A DNA stretch of 64,000 nt, from positions 25,108-89,107 of the forward strand of contig JAUQQA010000003.1 of NCBI GenBank assembly GCA_030550095.1. The letters run 5' to 3'. A program made the translations under genes and the position numbers. Positions 40,363-48,457 of the stretch are shown here, piece by piece (positions within the stretch are counted from its first letter, which is position 1; each line of letters opens with the position of its first letter). The notes beneath the pieces were generated by a model. It searched no databases. It worked only from the letters and a program-made list of their open reading frames with translations, and was not told the DNA's origin. The DNA is from Chloroflexota bacterium. GTDB lineage: Bacteria > Chloroflexota > Anaerolineae > J036 > Brachytrichaceae.

Positions 40363-41844
40363 TCAGTATGCGCGCGCGATGACAACAGTGATGTTGTCTT
40401 CGGCGCCGTTGCTGTTGGCAAGATCAACGAGCCGCTCGCAGGCAACTTGAGCGTTGGGTGCGTCGGCGAGCACCTCGGCAAGCTGCGCATCGCGCACCGA
40501 TTCCCAAAGCCCATCTGAGCATATTACCAGCCAATCGCCAGCTTGCAATGGTAGCGGGGGATGCTCGTCTGAATAGCCGCTGCGCCAATCGCCAAGCGAG
40601 CGGACGAGTTTGTTGCGGTCGGGGTGGTGGTAGCGATCTTCGTCCTGGAGCAAACCTGCATCAATCATGGATTGGACCAGTGAGTGATCGCGAACAAGGC
40701 GCAAAGGCACGCCTTTGTTGCGCTGAGGATTCCAGAGGTAGATCCGACTATCGCCAACACTGGCGTAGAATGCCACGCCCTCGACGACAAGGGCAAATGC
40801 TAACGTGGAACCGATCGGCGTGCCGCGCCGTTGACCTTCCTCGACCACGGCGGTGTTGATCTCGCGGACGACTTGAATCACCCACGCGTTGAGGTCACCA
40901 GCGCCCTTGACCGTGGCGAGGTGATCGCGCGCGCGCTGTTCAAGTTCGGCAATGGCGATGGCGCTTGCGACCTCGCCTGCATCCACGCCACCCATGCCGT
41001 CCGCAACGCCGATCAGCACAGGTGGATGTGACCAGTGAGCGCCAGCAGGCAACTCAACAGCGCAAAAGCTGTCCTCGTTGTGCTCGCGCAAGCCTACGCT
41101 TGTAGCCGCGCCTAGCTCAAAGCGCAAGGTGTGAGCGCGAGCGCCCGTGTTTCGGCTCCCAAGCAGGCGCTCAACCAACTCTCCAGCGCGCAAACGCGCG
41201 AGGCCTTGAGCTGCACTTTGCAACGTGTGGCGGATGTGCGAGGGAGCCTCGATCAGCTTGGTGCTTGCTGCAAAGGCTGCTAGCGCGCTGACGTCTGTGA
41301 ACTCCGCCTCGGGCACTTGCTGGAGCAACTGCAACGCGCCAAGCAATTGCCAACTCGCCACGCCCTCGCGCGAAAGAGCGATGTGAGGGGCAACGCCACG
41401 CGCATCGAATCCAAAAGCAACGCCTCGGCGGTGCAGCTCGTGCAGGCCGACGAGCAACTGCTCCACCCAGCGCTCCCACTGCTTTTTCGATTGCGCCGCA
41501 GCTTCAGCCTCGCTCATGCGGTCGGGAGGAATGCGCTCGGCGACGAAGTAGCGCACCACACCATCAAACCATGGCATTCCAAAAGGGGGCAGCAACGGCG
41601 CAACATGGGGAAGCTCGGCGTTGGCAGCTAAGTTTGCCAGCGACATGACGCCGCTTAGCCCCGGCGGTACCAAACTCTCGTGTAGGTAAAACGGTGCGCC
41701 AGTGCGCGCATCCTCTGCGCGGTAGGTGCGCCCGCTTTGCGTGCGTCCCAAAATAGCTGTGATCACGAAGCGCTGCCCATGCGGATCGACAACGTATTCC
41801 CCGACGGGCAGCGCGTCCATGGTGAGCAAATTCAGCGTGGTCAT
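40363..41844 (-). CDS. PP2C-family Ser/Thr phosphatase fused to an N-terminal degenerate kinase-like domain
   Basis: 493 aa. C-terminal PP2C motifs are REHNEDSF, GVADGMGG, ICSDGLWE, GAEDNITVVI. The N-terminal ~230 aa show a kinase-like layout (ILGRTQSGRTYRAED, LHELHRRGVAFGFDARGVAPHI) but lack the VAIK Lys, HRD..N and DFG. Its start overlaps the upstream FHA stop (ATGA at 41841-41844). Confidence 0.85.
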   Translation of the reverse strand: MTTLNLLTMDALPVGEYVVDPHGQRFVITAILGRTQSGRTYRAEDARTGAPFYLHESLVPPGLSGVMSLANLAANAELPHVAPLLPPFGMPWFDGVVRYFVAERIPPDRMSEAEAAAQSKKQWERWVEQLLVGLHELHRRGVAFGFDARGVAPHIALSREGVASWQLLGALQLLQQVPEAEFTDVSALAAFAASTKLIEAPSHIRHTLQSAAQGLARLRAGELVERLLGSRNTGARAHTLRFELGAATSVGLREHNEDSFCAVELPAGAHWSHPPVLIGVADGMGGVDAGEVASAIAIAELEQRARDHLATVKGAGDLNAWVIQVVREINTAVVEEGQRRGTPIGSTLAFALVVEGVAFYASVGDSRIYLWNPQRNKGVPLRLVRDHSLVQSMIDAGLLQDEDRYHHPDRNKLVRSLGDWRSGYSDEHPPLPLQAGDWLVICSDGLWESVRDAQLAEVLADAPNAQVACERLVDLANSNGAEDNITVVIARAY

Positions 41845-42224
41845 TCAGCGTCGAAAAACTGAAATTGCGCGCGCTCGGAAGGACCGAGCGTCACGATCGA
41901 GCCTGATTGCAGTCGGTTGTGCCGTGAGCGCCGACCGTTCACAAACATATACTCGCCCTTGTGCAACTTCACTTCCCAATGTCCGTCTTCAGCGCGCAGA
42001 ATCTCGACATGCTCAATTTCTATCTCTTGTAGGATGTCTTCAGGAAGACCAGCCCAGTCGTTGCGCCCAAGGCGTAAAGGCCCACGCAGAGGGATGATGC
42101 GCTTGCCGATCACGATGCGGGGCCCCCGACGCCTTCGGCGGCGGAGCCAGATGATCAGCACCGCTGCAACTGCGATGCCTGCTGCTGCCAAGAGCGCGAT
42201 GAGCCAAATCTCAGAATTCACCAC
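41841..42224 (-). CDS. Membrane-anchored FHA domain protein (first gene of the operon)
   Basis: N-terminal TM span EIWLIALLAAAGIAVAAVLIIWL plus an R6 stop-transfer, then FHA (LRLGRND...EHVEILRAEDGHWEV..FVNGRR). GTG start at 42224 chosen, preceded by AGGGA and a GATAAT hexamer. The track ATG at 42332 would overlap the divergent GNAT gene, and its 36 extra codons look non-coding. Start is uncertain. Confidence 0.7.
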   Translation of the reverse strand: MVNSEIWLIALLAAAGIAVAAVLIIWLRRRRRRGPRIVIGKRIIPLRGPLRLGRNDWAGLPEDILQEIEIEHVEILRAEDGHWEVKLHKGEYMFVNGRRSRHNRLQSGSIVTLGPSERAQFQFFDAE

Positions 42225-42316
42225 GTCCCTGCTTATTATCGCCGATGCTGGGGATCGCGCGATGAGATTGTCGCAGGCTGCGCGTGCGGTGCAGGCGTAC
42301 AATAGCCCGCGATCCG

Positions 42317-43273
42317 ATGATCGCGCGTGCAAATCGCCCCGCGGTGGTGCTTCATCCGCATGTACGCCCCTTCAACCCTTGGCGCGATAGCGTAGCGCTC
42401 GCTGATTTGCTTGAATCGGCGTTCAGCGAGAGCGAGCTTGATGAGAGCAGCCACCGCCTGATTCAGCGGCTGCGCTACTACGGCGCGTTCGATTTCTTGG
42501 CGTTTGGTCAAGGTGTGGGGTTCGTTTGGGTGGAGAACGGGGAACTGCTAGGCAACGCCTCGATTCAGCGCAACCCTACACGCGGCGACACGTGGATCAT
42601 CGGCAACGTCGCCACGCGCGCCGACGCGCGCAATCGCGGCATTGGGCGTGCTGTGGTGGAAGCGTGTATCCAGTTCGCGGCGCAAAAGAAGGCGCGCTAC
42701 GTTGCCCTGCAGGCAGATGTGACCAACGCGCCTGCTATCCATCTCTACACCAAGCTGGGGTTCGAGCCTCTCGTCGAGGTCACTCATTATCTGCGTCCAT
42801 CCGTGCGCGAGCGAATGCCTGAGGTTGGCAACGCGCTCATGCGCACGCGCCCCGCGCGCTGGTCCGACCGCAACACCGTGTTGGCGCTCGCCCAACACTG
42901 CATCCCTGAAGCCTCAACCTACGCCGAAGCCTTCGACAGCAACGTCTATCGCCTCGGGCCGCGCTGGTCGCTCGTCAACGCATTGAGCGGCAACGTTGAG
43001 GCGTGGTATCTCGCAGAAGACGAAAGCGGCGCCTTGCGCACGCGCGTGAACTACGAGGGCAGCTGCCATCATTTGGAGCTGCTGCTCGACGAAGACGCCG
43101 ACGATGAGACTGCGCAGGTGCTCCTTGCGCGTGGGTTGCACCGCTTCACCACTTTCCTGAGCAAGCCCATCTACGCAGCTCAAATTGCGCCAACACCCCT
43201 CATGCACCGCGCGCTGCTGGCAAGCGGCTTTCGCGTGCTGCGCACACTTGTGCACATGCGGCTCACGCTTTAG
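42317..43273 (+). CDS. GNAT-family N-acetyltransferase (two-lobed)
   Basis: Acetyl-CoA binding motif ARNRGIGRAVVEACIQFA, followed by YVALQADVTNAPAIHLYTKLGF. Start at ATG 42317, 13 nt after a TACAAT hexamer. Confidence 0.75.
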   Translation: MIARANRPAVVLHPHVRPFNPWRDSVALADLLESAFSESELDESSHRLIQRLRYYGAFDFLAFGQGVGFVWVENGELLGNASIQRNPTRGDTWIIGNVATRADARNRGIGRAVVEACIQFAAQKKARYVALQADVTNAPAIHLYTKLGFEPLVEVTHYLRPSVRERMPEVGNALMRTRPARWSDRNTVLALAQHCIPEASTYAEAFDSNVYRLGPRWSLVNALSGNVEAWYLAEDESGALRTRVNYEGSCHHLELLLDEDADDETAQVLLARGLHRFTTFLSKPIYAAQIAPTPLMHRALLASGFRVLRTLVHMRLTL

Positions 43274-43280
43274 ATGAGCA

Positions 43281-44099
43281 ATGCCAGAGCTGCCCGAAGT
43301 CGAAAGCATCGCGCGTACGCTTAGGCAGGGGAGCACCGATGCGCCCCCCTTGCTCGGGCGTTGCGTGAGCGCTGTTGAGGTGCGCTGGCTACGCACCATC
43401 GCTGAGCCAGACGCCCACACATTCGCCGAACTGCTGGTTGGCCAATGCGTCCGCGCCGTTCAACGCCATGGAAAATACCTTCGGATTGTGCTCGATGCGC
43501 ATGAGCTGCTGGTGCATCTGCGCATGAGCGGGCGCTTGCACGTTGTGCCCCAGGAACAAGCCCTCACGCTGCACACGCGCGTTGTGCTGAAGTTGAACGA
43601 CGCATGGGCGCTGCGTTTCGAGGACGCGCGCAAGTTTGGGCGCATGTGGTTGGTGCAGTCGCCGCAACGTGTTCTTGCAAAGCTCGGTCCAGATGCGCTC
43701 AGCGTTGACCTCGACACCTTCGCCGCGCGATTGCAAGCACGCCGCTCCCGCTTGAAGCCTCTTCTGCTTGATCAAACCTTCATCGCTGGCGTAGGCAACA
43801 TCTACGCTGATGAGGCACTCCATCGCGCCTGCTTGCACCCGCTTCGAAGCTCGCGTACGCTCACCACCGCGGAGATTGCGCAATTGCACACAGCCGTTCA
43901 AGCTGTGCTCCACGAAGGCATTGCCGCAAACGGTGCAAGCTTCGACTGGGTGTATCCCGGCGGACACTTCCAAGAGCACTTCCGCGTGTATGGGCGCGTA
44001 GGTCAACCCTGCCCACGTTGCGGTGCACCTATCAAGCGCCTCGTGATAGCGCAACGCAGCACTTATTTTTGCGAGCGCTGCCAGCCTCTGCTACAGTGA
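43281..44099 (+). CDS. mutM: Formamidopyrimidine-DNA glycosylase
   Basis: 272 aa. Catalytic N-terminus MPELPEVE, H2TH region (GVGNIYADEALH), and C-terminal zinc finger CPRCG...FCERCQ. Confidence 0.93.
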   Translation: MPELPEVESIARTLRQGSTDAPPLLGRCVSAVEVRWLRTIAEPDAHTFAELLVGQCVRAVQRHGKYLRIVLDAHELLVHLRMSGRLHVVPQEQALTLHTRVVLKLNDAWALRFEDARKFGRMWLVQSPQRVLAKLGPDALSVDLDTFAARLQARRSRLKPLLLDQTFIAGVGNIYADEALHRACLHPLRSSRTLTTAEIAQLHTAVQAVLHEGIAANGASFDWVYPGGHFQEHFRVYGRVGQPCPRCGAPIKRLVIAQRSTYFCERCQPLLQ

Positions 44100-44109
44100 A
44101 GCAAAAGCC

Positions 44110-45549
44110 GTGCGAACCAAAATCGTCTGCACCATCGGCCCTGCAAGCGACAACGAAACCATCATTCGTGCTATGGTGCGCGCTGGCATGGACGTGGCCC
44201 GCCTCAACTTCTCCCATGGGCGCCACGAAGACCATGCGCGCCGCATCGCGCTTGTACGCCGCATCGCCCAAGAAGAGAACGCACTAGTGGCGTTGCTTGC
44301 CGATTTGCAAGGCCCAAAATTTCGCCTCGGTACTTTGCCCCCCCAAGGCGTTGCTGTAAGACGCGGGCAAATGGTGCGTCTTGCCGCGCAGCCTGACGCA
44401 GACGACATCCTGCCCTTCCCACACCCAGAAGTGATTGCCGCACTTCAGCCCGGACATCGTCTCCTCATTGACGATGGTGCCATTGCCTTGCTGGTTGCCG
44501 ATAAGGCACCTTCAGGCGTGGTGCACTGCGTTGTGCAGAACGAGGGTATCTTGCTCTCAAACAAAGGCGTCGCAGTGCCTGGGGTGCCCCTCGCGCTCGA
44601 ATCGTTGACGCCTAAGGACTTGAACGACTTAGCGTTTGCGGTAGAGCAGGGAGTGGATGCAGTTGCGCTTTCCTTCGTGCGCTGCGCCGAGGATGTCCAT
44701 GCCCTCCGCCGCCGTGTTCAAGCGCTCGGCGGCGAGCAACTCATCGTGGCGAAGATCGAAAAGCCCGAAGCGCTTCAGGACTTGCCCGCGATTGTGCATG
44801 CGAGCGATGTGGTGATGGTTGCGCGCGGCGATCTCGGCGTAGAAGCGCCACCCGAGGAAGTTCCCTTCTATCAAAAGCAAATCATCCTCACCTGTTTGCG
44901 CATAGGCAAGCCTGTGATCACTGCGACGCAGATGCTGCAAAGCATGATGAGCGCCCCCCAGCCCACGCGCGCTGAGGCAAGCGACGTAGCGAATGCCGTG
45001 CTGGATGGCACAGACGCAGTGATGCTCAGCGGAGAGACGGCGATGGGGCAATACCCCGTGCAAGCAGTGGAGGCGATGGCGCGCATTGCAGCGCGCGCAG
45101 AGAACAGCCTTGCCTATCGCCCCCAAATGCTTGCCGAAGCCCTGCGCGATGTGCTTAGCGCTGAAGGCGATCCCTCGCCTGATAAACACACAGACGCCAT
45201 CACCACTGCCGCTGTGCACATTGCCGAGCAGACTGGCGCAAAGGCGATCATCTGCGTCAGTTCCTCGGGCTTCACAGCGCGCATGGTGGCGCGACATCGC
45301 CCGCGTGTGCCGATTGTCTGCCTAACGCCGAGCAAGCGCACCGTGGCTTACACTGCGTTCATGTGGGGAGTATGCGCCCTACAGGTGGAGACCCAGGCAG
45401 ACACTCCTGAGCATCTTTTCGCCGTGGCGTGCGACGCTGCCCAGTCCCTCGGCTATGTACACAGCGGGGATCGCATCGTGGTCACTGCTGGGTTGCCGCT
45501 CGGCAGCGGTCCTGGGCACACGAACACGATCCGCCTGATCACGTGCTGA
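44110..45549 (+). CDS. pyk: Pyruvate kinase
   Basis: 479 aa with a GTG start. TKIVCTIGPAS, ARLNFSHG, MVARGDLGVE, and DAVMLSGETA. Confidence 0.95.
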   Translation: MRTKIVCTIGPASDNETIIRAMVRAGMDVARLNFSHGRHEDHARRIALVRRIAQEENALVALLADLQGPKFRLGTLPPQGVAVRRGQMVRLAAQPDADDILPFPHPEVIAALQPGHRLLIDDGAIALLVADKAPSGVVHCVVQNEGILLSNKGVAVPGVPLALESLTPKDLNDLAFAVEQGVDAVALSFVRCAEDVHALRRRVQALGGEQLIVAKIEKPEALQDLPAIVHASDVVMVARGDLGVEAPPEEVPFYQKQIILTCLRIGKPVITATQMLQSMMSAPQPTRAEASDVANAVLDGTDAVMLSGETAMGQYPVQAVEAMARIAARAENSLAYRPQMLAEALRDVLSAEGDPSPDKHTDAITTAAVHIAEQTGAKAIICVSSSGFTARMVARHRPRVPIVCLTPSKRTVAYTAFMWGVCALQVETQADTPEHLFAVACDAAQSLGYVHSGDRIVVTAGLPLGSGPGHTNTIRLITC

Positions 45550-45558
45550 GCCTCACGC

Positions 45559-45657
45559 TTACTTCCCGCAGCAGCGCTTCCAGAAACGGAACCCCAACAG
45601 GGCGAGCATGATCTTGAAGAAGGTGGAGAAGCAGCAAAAGCGAAAGAACTTTCCCAT
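45559..45657 (-). CDS. Candidate small (32 aa) Cys-rich hydrophobic membrane peptide
   Basis: Below the ORF-track size cutoff. ATG (45657-45655) to TAA (45561-45559) encodes MGKFFRFCCFSTFFKIMLALLGFRFWKRCCGK. About 27 of 31 sense codons end in G/C even though the peptide is rich in Phe/Lys (AT-rich first and second positions), which is a coding-like signature in this genome. A possible SD sequence, AAGAGG, lies about 8 nt upstream. I recognise no homolog. Confidence 0.4.
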   Translation of the reverse strand: MGKFFRFCCFSTFFKIMLALLGFRFWKRCCGK

Positions 45658-45776
45658 GGCATGACCTCTTCACAGCTTGGTTGCACTTTGCTTTGATGCG
45701 CAATTGTTCAAAAGGCAACACAACTTAATTCGCATAGGCAGCAGGCTTTGCCTGACGACCTTCCTACAATCAAGCC

Positions 45777-46862
45777 ATGCAACCTAGCACACGAAGCACC
45801 ACGCGCCAATGGCAAGGAATCATTGCTCACTACGGCGCACGCATGCAGATCCGACGCGATGTTACACCTGTGACGCTCCTTGAGGGAAACACACCCTTAA
45901 TCCCAGCACCACGCCTCGCTGAAGCGCTAGGAGGGGGCTTTGAGCTTTTCCTCAAGTATGAGGGCTTGAACCCAACGGGTTCATTCAAGGATCGCGGTAT
46001 GACGGCTGCGATTACCCAGGCTGTCGCTGAGGGCGCGCAAGCGGTCATTTGTGCCAGCACAGGCAACACGGCTGCCAGTGCAGCAGCATACGCCGCGCGT
46101 GCGGGATTGAAGTGCATTGTGCTTGTGCCCGAAGGAAAAATTGCGTTGGGCAAGCTTGCGGGCGCGCTCAGCTACGGCGCGGAAGTCCTTGCCATCGAGG
46201 GCAACTTTGATGATGGGTTGCGGCTTGTGCGCGCTGCAAGCGAACACGTTCCCATCGCCGTGGTCAACAGCATCAATCCAGCGCGTCTGCAGGGACAGAA
46301 AACCGCTGCCTTTGAAATCTGTGACGCGCTCGGCGAGGCACCAGATTGGCTCTGCTTGCCGGTGGGGAATGCGGGCAACATCACGGCGTACTGGATGGGA
46401 TTCACCGAGTACTACAACGACGGCATCATTCAGCGCCGGCCGCATCTGCTTGGGGCTCAGGCAGAAGGTGCCGCGCCCATTGTGCGCGAGCACGTGGTTG
46501 AGAAGCCAGAGACAATTGCAACTGCAATTCGCATAGGCAATCCTGCACGCTGGCAGGAGGCGAAACAAGCCCTCACAGAAAGCAAAGGAAGAGCCACAGC
46601 AGTCAGCGACGAAGAGATACTCGAGTGGCAAGCCAAGATCGCAAGACTCGAAGGCGTCTTTGTAGAACCAGCTTGCGCCGCGGGCATTGCCGCAATCGCA
46701 AAGGGACGCAGGGAAGGTTGGCTCAACATCGAAGAACAGCGCGTTGTTAGCATCATGACAGGCCATGGCCTAAAGGACCCAGACGCAGCACTGAAGAAGG
46801 CGCCGCAACCAAGAACCATCCCCGCAAGCCTAGATGCGCTTCTCGAAGCACTCATCCGCTAG
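45777..46862 (+). CDS. thrC: Threonine synthase
   Basis: 361 aa. TLLEGNTPLI and the PLP-Lys motif NPTGSFKDRG. Confidence 0.95.
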   Translation: MQPSTRSTTRQWQGIIAHYGARMQIRRDVTPVTLLEGNTPLIPAPRLAEALGGGFELFLKYEGLNPTGSFKDRGMTAAITQAVAEGAQAVICASTGNTAASAAAYAARAGLKCIVLVPEGKIALGKLAGALSYGAEVLAIEGNFDDGLRLVRAASEHVPIAVVNSINPARLQGQKTAAFEICDALGEAPDWLCLPVGNAGNITAYWMGFTEYYNDGIIQRRPHLLGAQAEGAAPIVREHVVEKPETIATAIRIGNPARWQEAKQALTESKGRATAVSDEEILEWQAKIARLEGVFVEPACAAGIAAIAKGRREGWLNIEEQRVVSIMTGHGLKDPDAALKKAPQPRTIPASLDALLEALIR

Positions 46863-46866
46863 AGCG

Positions 46867-47805
46867 ATGAAGCACATCATCACAGTGCGTGTGCCAGCAA
46901 CCAGCGCCAACCTAGGCCCTGGCTTCGACAGCATGGGGATCGCGCTAAACCTTTGGAACACCTTCTCGCTCTATGAAGCAGAAGAGCAGGGAGTTACAGT
47001 TGAGTCTCACGGCGAGGGTGAGTCAACGCTTCCAACTGACGCAAGCCACCTCGTCGCACGCACGATGCTCGACGAGTTGGCTATGCACCTCCCCGTGAGC
47101 AGCCGGAACACCGCCTACCACATCATCTGCCAGAACGAAGTGCCCTGCGCAAGCGGCATGGGCTCTAGCTCAACCGCCGTACTAGCTGGCCTCGTCTTTG
47201 CTCATGCCATCCTCGATCGCAGCACTGTCCAGCACCACACGACGCAGCGCCGCATCCTCACACGCGCGTTCGAGCTTGAAGGACACGGCGACAACGTCGC
47301 ACCGGCAATGCTAGGCGGGCTCGTCATCGTGGCCGGGAAGGACGATGAGATCATCACGCAGCGCATTACACCACTGGCGTTGCGCGTTGTGGTGTGCGTG
47401 CCAGACTACTACTTCACCACTGCTCACGCGCGCGCCGCACTCCCCCTGCACTATAGCCGCGCCGACGCAGTATTCAACATCAGCCGCGCCATGTTAGTGG
47501 TGGAAGCGCTGCGCAACAGCGACCTGCGTCTGCTGGCGAAAGTCTTTGAGGACCGGCTCCATGAGCCGTACCGTATCCCGGCCATTCCTGGCGCCGCAGA
47601 AGCGCGACGCGAAGCCCTTGCGCACGGTGCCGCCGCTGTCGGCCTCAGCGGTGCAGGTCCTGGGCTTATCGCATTTGCATCAGAAAACCACGATGCGATC
47701 GGTTTGGCAATGCAAAGTGCCTTTCACAGCGCTGGGCTACGAGCGCGCTACTGGGTGCTTGATGTAAGTGAACACGGGCTTGAGATCCAATGCACAGCCA
47801 ACTGA
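46867..47805 (+). CDS. thrB: Homoserine kinase
   Basis: Start at MKHIITVRVPATSANLGPGFDS (ATG 46867). GHMP-kinase motif GMGSSS. Confidence 0.92.
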   Translation: MKHIITVRVPATSANLGPGFDSMGIALNLWNTFSLYEAEEQGVTVESHGEGESTLPTDASHLVARTMLDELAMHLPVSSRNTAYHIICQNEVPCASGMGSSSTAVLAGLVFAHAILDRSTVQHHTTQRRILTRAFELEGHGDNVAPAMLGGLVIVAGKDDEIITQRITPLALRVVVCVPDYYFTTAHARAALPLHYSRADAVFNISRAMLVVEALRNSDLRLLAKVFEDRLHEPYRIPAIPGAAEARREALAHGAAAVGLSGAGPGLIAFASENHDAIGLAMQSAFHSAGLRARYWVLDVSEHGLEIQCTAN

Positions 47806-47824
47806 GTCGTATACTCCAGCGCGC

Positions 47825-48448
47825 ATGATCGCAATCGTGGACTACGGCGCAGGCAACCTGCGTAACATCTACAAAGCGCTCGAGCACGTAGGCGCGGCTG
47901 CTGTCCTCACCAGCAACCCGAAAGACCTAGAGCAGGCAGACAAAATCATCCTACCGGGGGTGGGCGCATTTGCTGATTGCCGCCAGGGACTCATCGATCG
48001 AGGGCTGTTTGAACCGCTGCGCACACTCGCACAGACAGGAAAGCCTCTCTTGGGTATCTGCGTTGGCATGCAGCTTTTGTTTGATGTTGGCGAGGAAATG
48101 GGAGAATGGGAGGGACTGGGGCTGATCCACGGCCGAGTGGTCCGCTTCTCAGGCGAAGCATTCGTGGGCAAAAACGCGCTCAAGATCCCTCACATCGGCT
48201 GGAATCAACTCCACCTCATCACCCCCGAACACCCCTTCTTGCAAAACATCTCAGAGGGCGCCTACGCTTACTTTGTCCACTCCTACCACGCTGTCGTTGA
48301 GGAGCCGGGATGCGTGCTTGCAACCACAGACTACGGGTACGATTTCCCGTCCGTGGTTGCAAAGGGAAACGTCTTGGGGGTACAGTTTCATCCCGAGAAG
48401 AGCCAGGAAGTGGGTCTGCAGTTCCTCAGAAACTTCGCCTTAAGCTAG
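47825..48448 (+). CDS. hisH: Imidazole glycerol phosphate synthase, glutamine amidotransferase subunit
   Basis: Start at MIAIVDYGAGNL (ATG 47825). Catalytic GICVGMQ and the VQFHPEKS triad region. Confidence 0.93.
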   Translation: MIAIVDYGAGNLRNIYKALEHVGAAAVLTSNPKDLEQADKIILPGVGAFADCRQGLIDRGLFEPLRTLAQTGKPLLGICVGMQLLFDVGEEMGEWEGLGLIHGRVVRFSGEAFVGKNALKIPHIGWNQLHLITPEHPFLQNISEGAYAYFVHSYHAVVEEPGCVLATTDYGYDFPSVVAKGNVLGVQFHPEKSQEVGLQFLRNFALS

Positions 48449-48457
48449 GCTGGAGCT

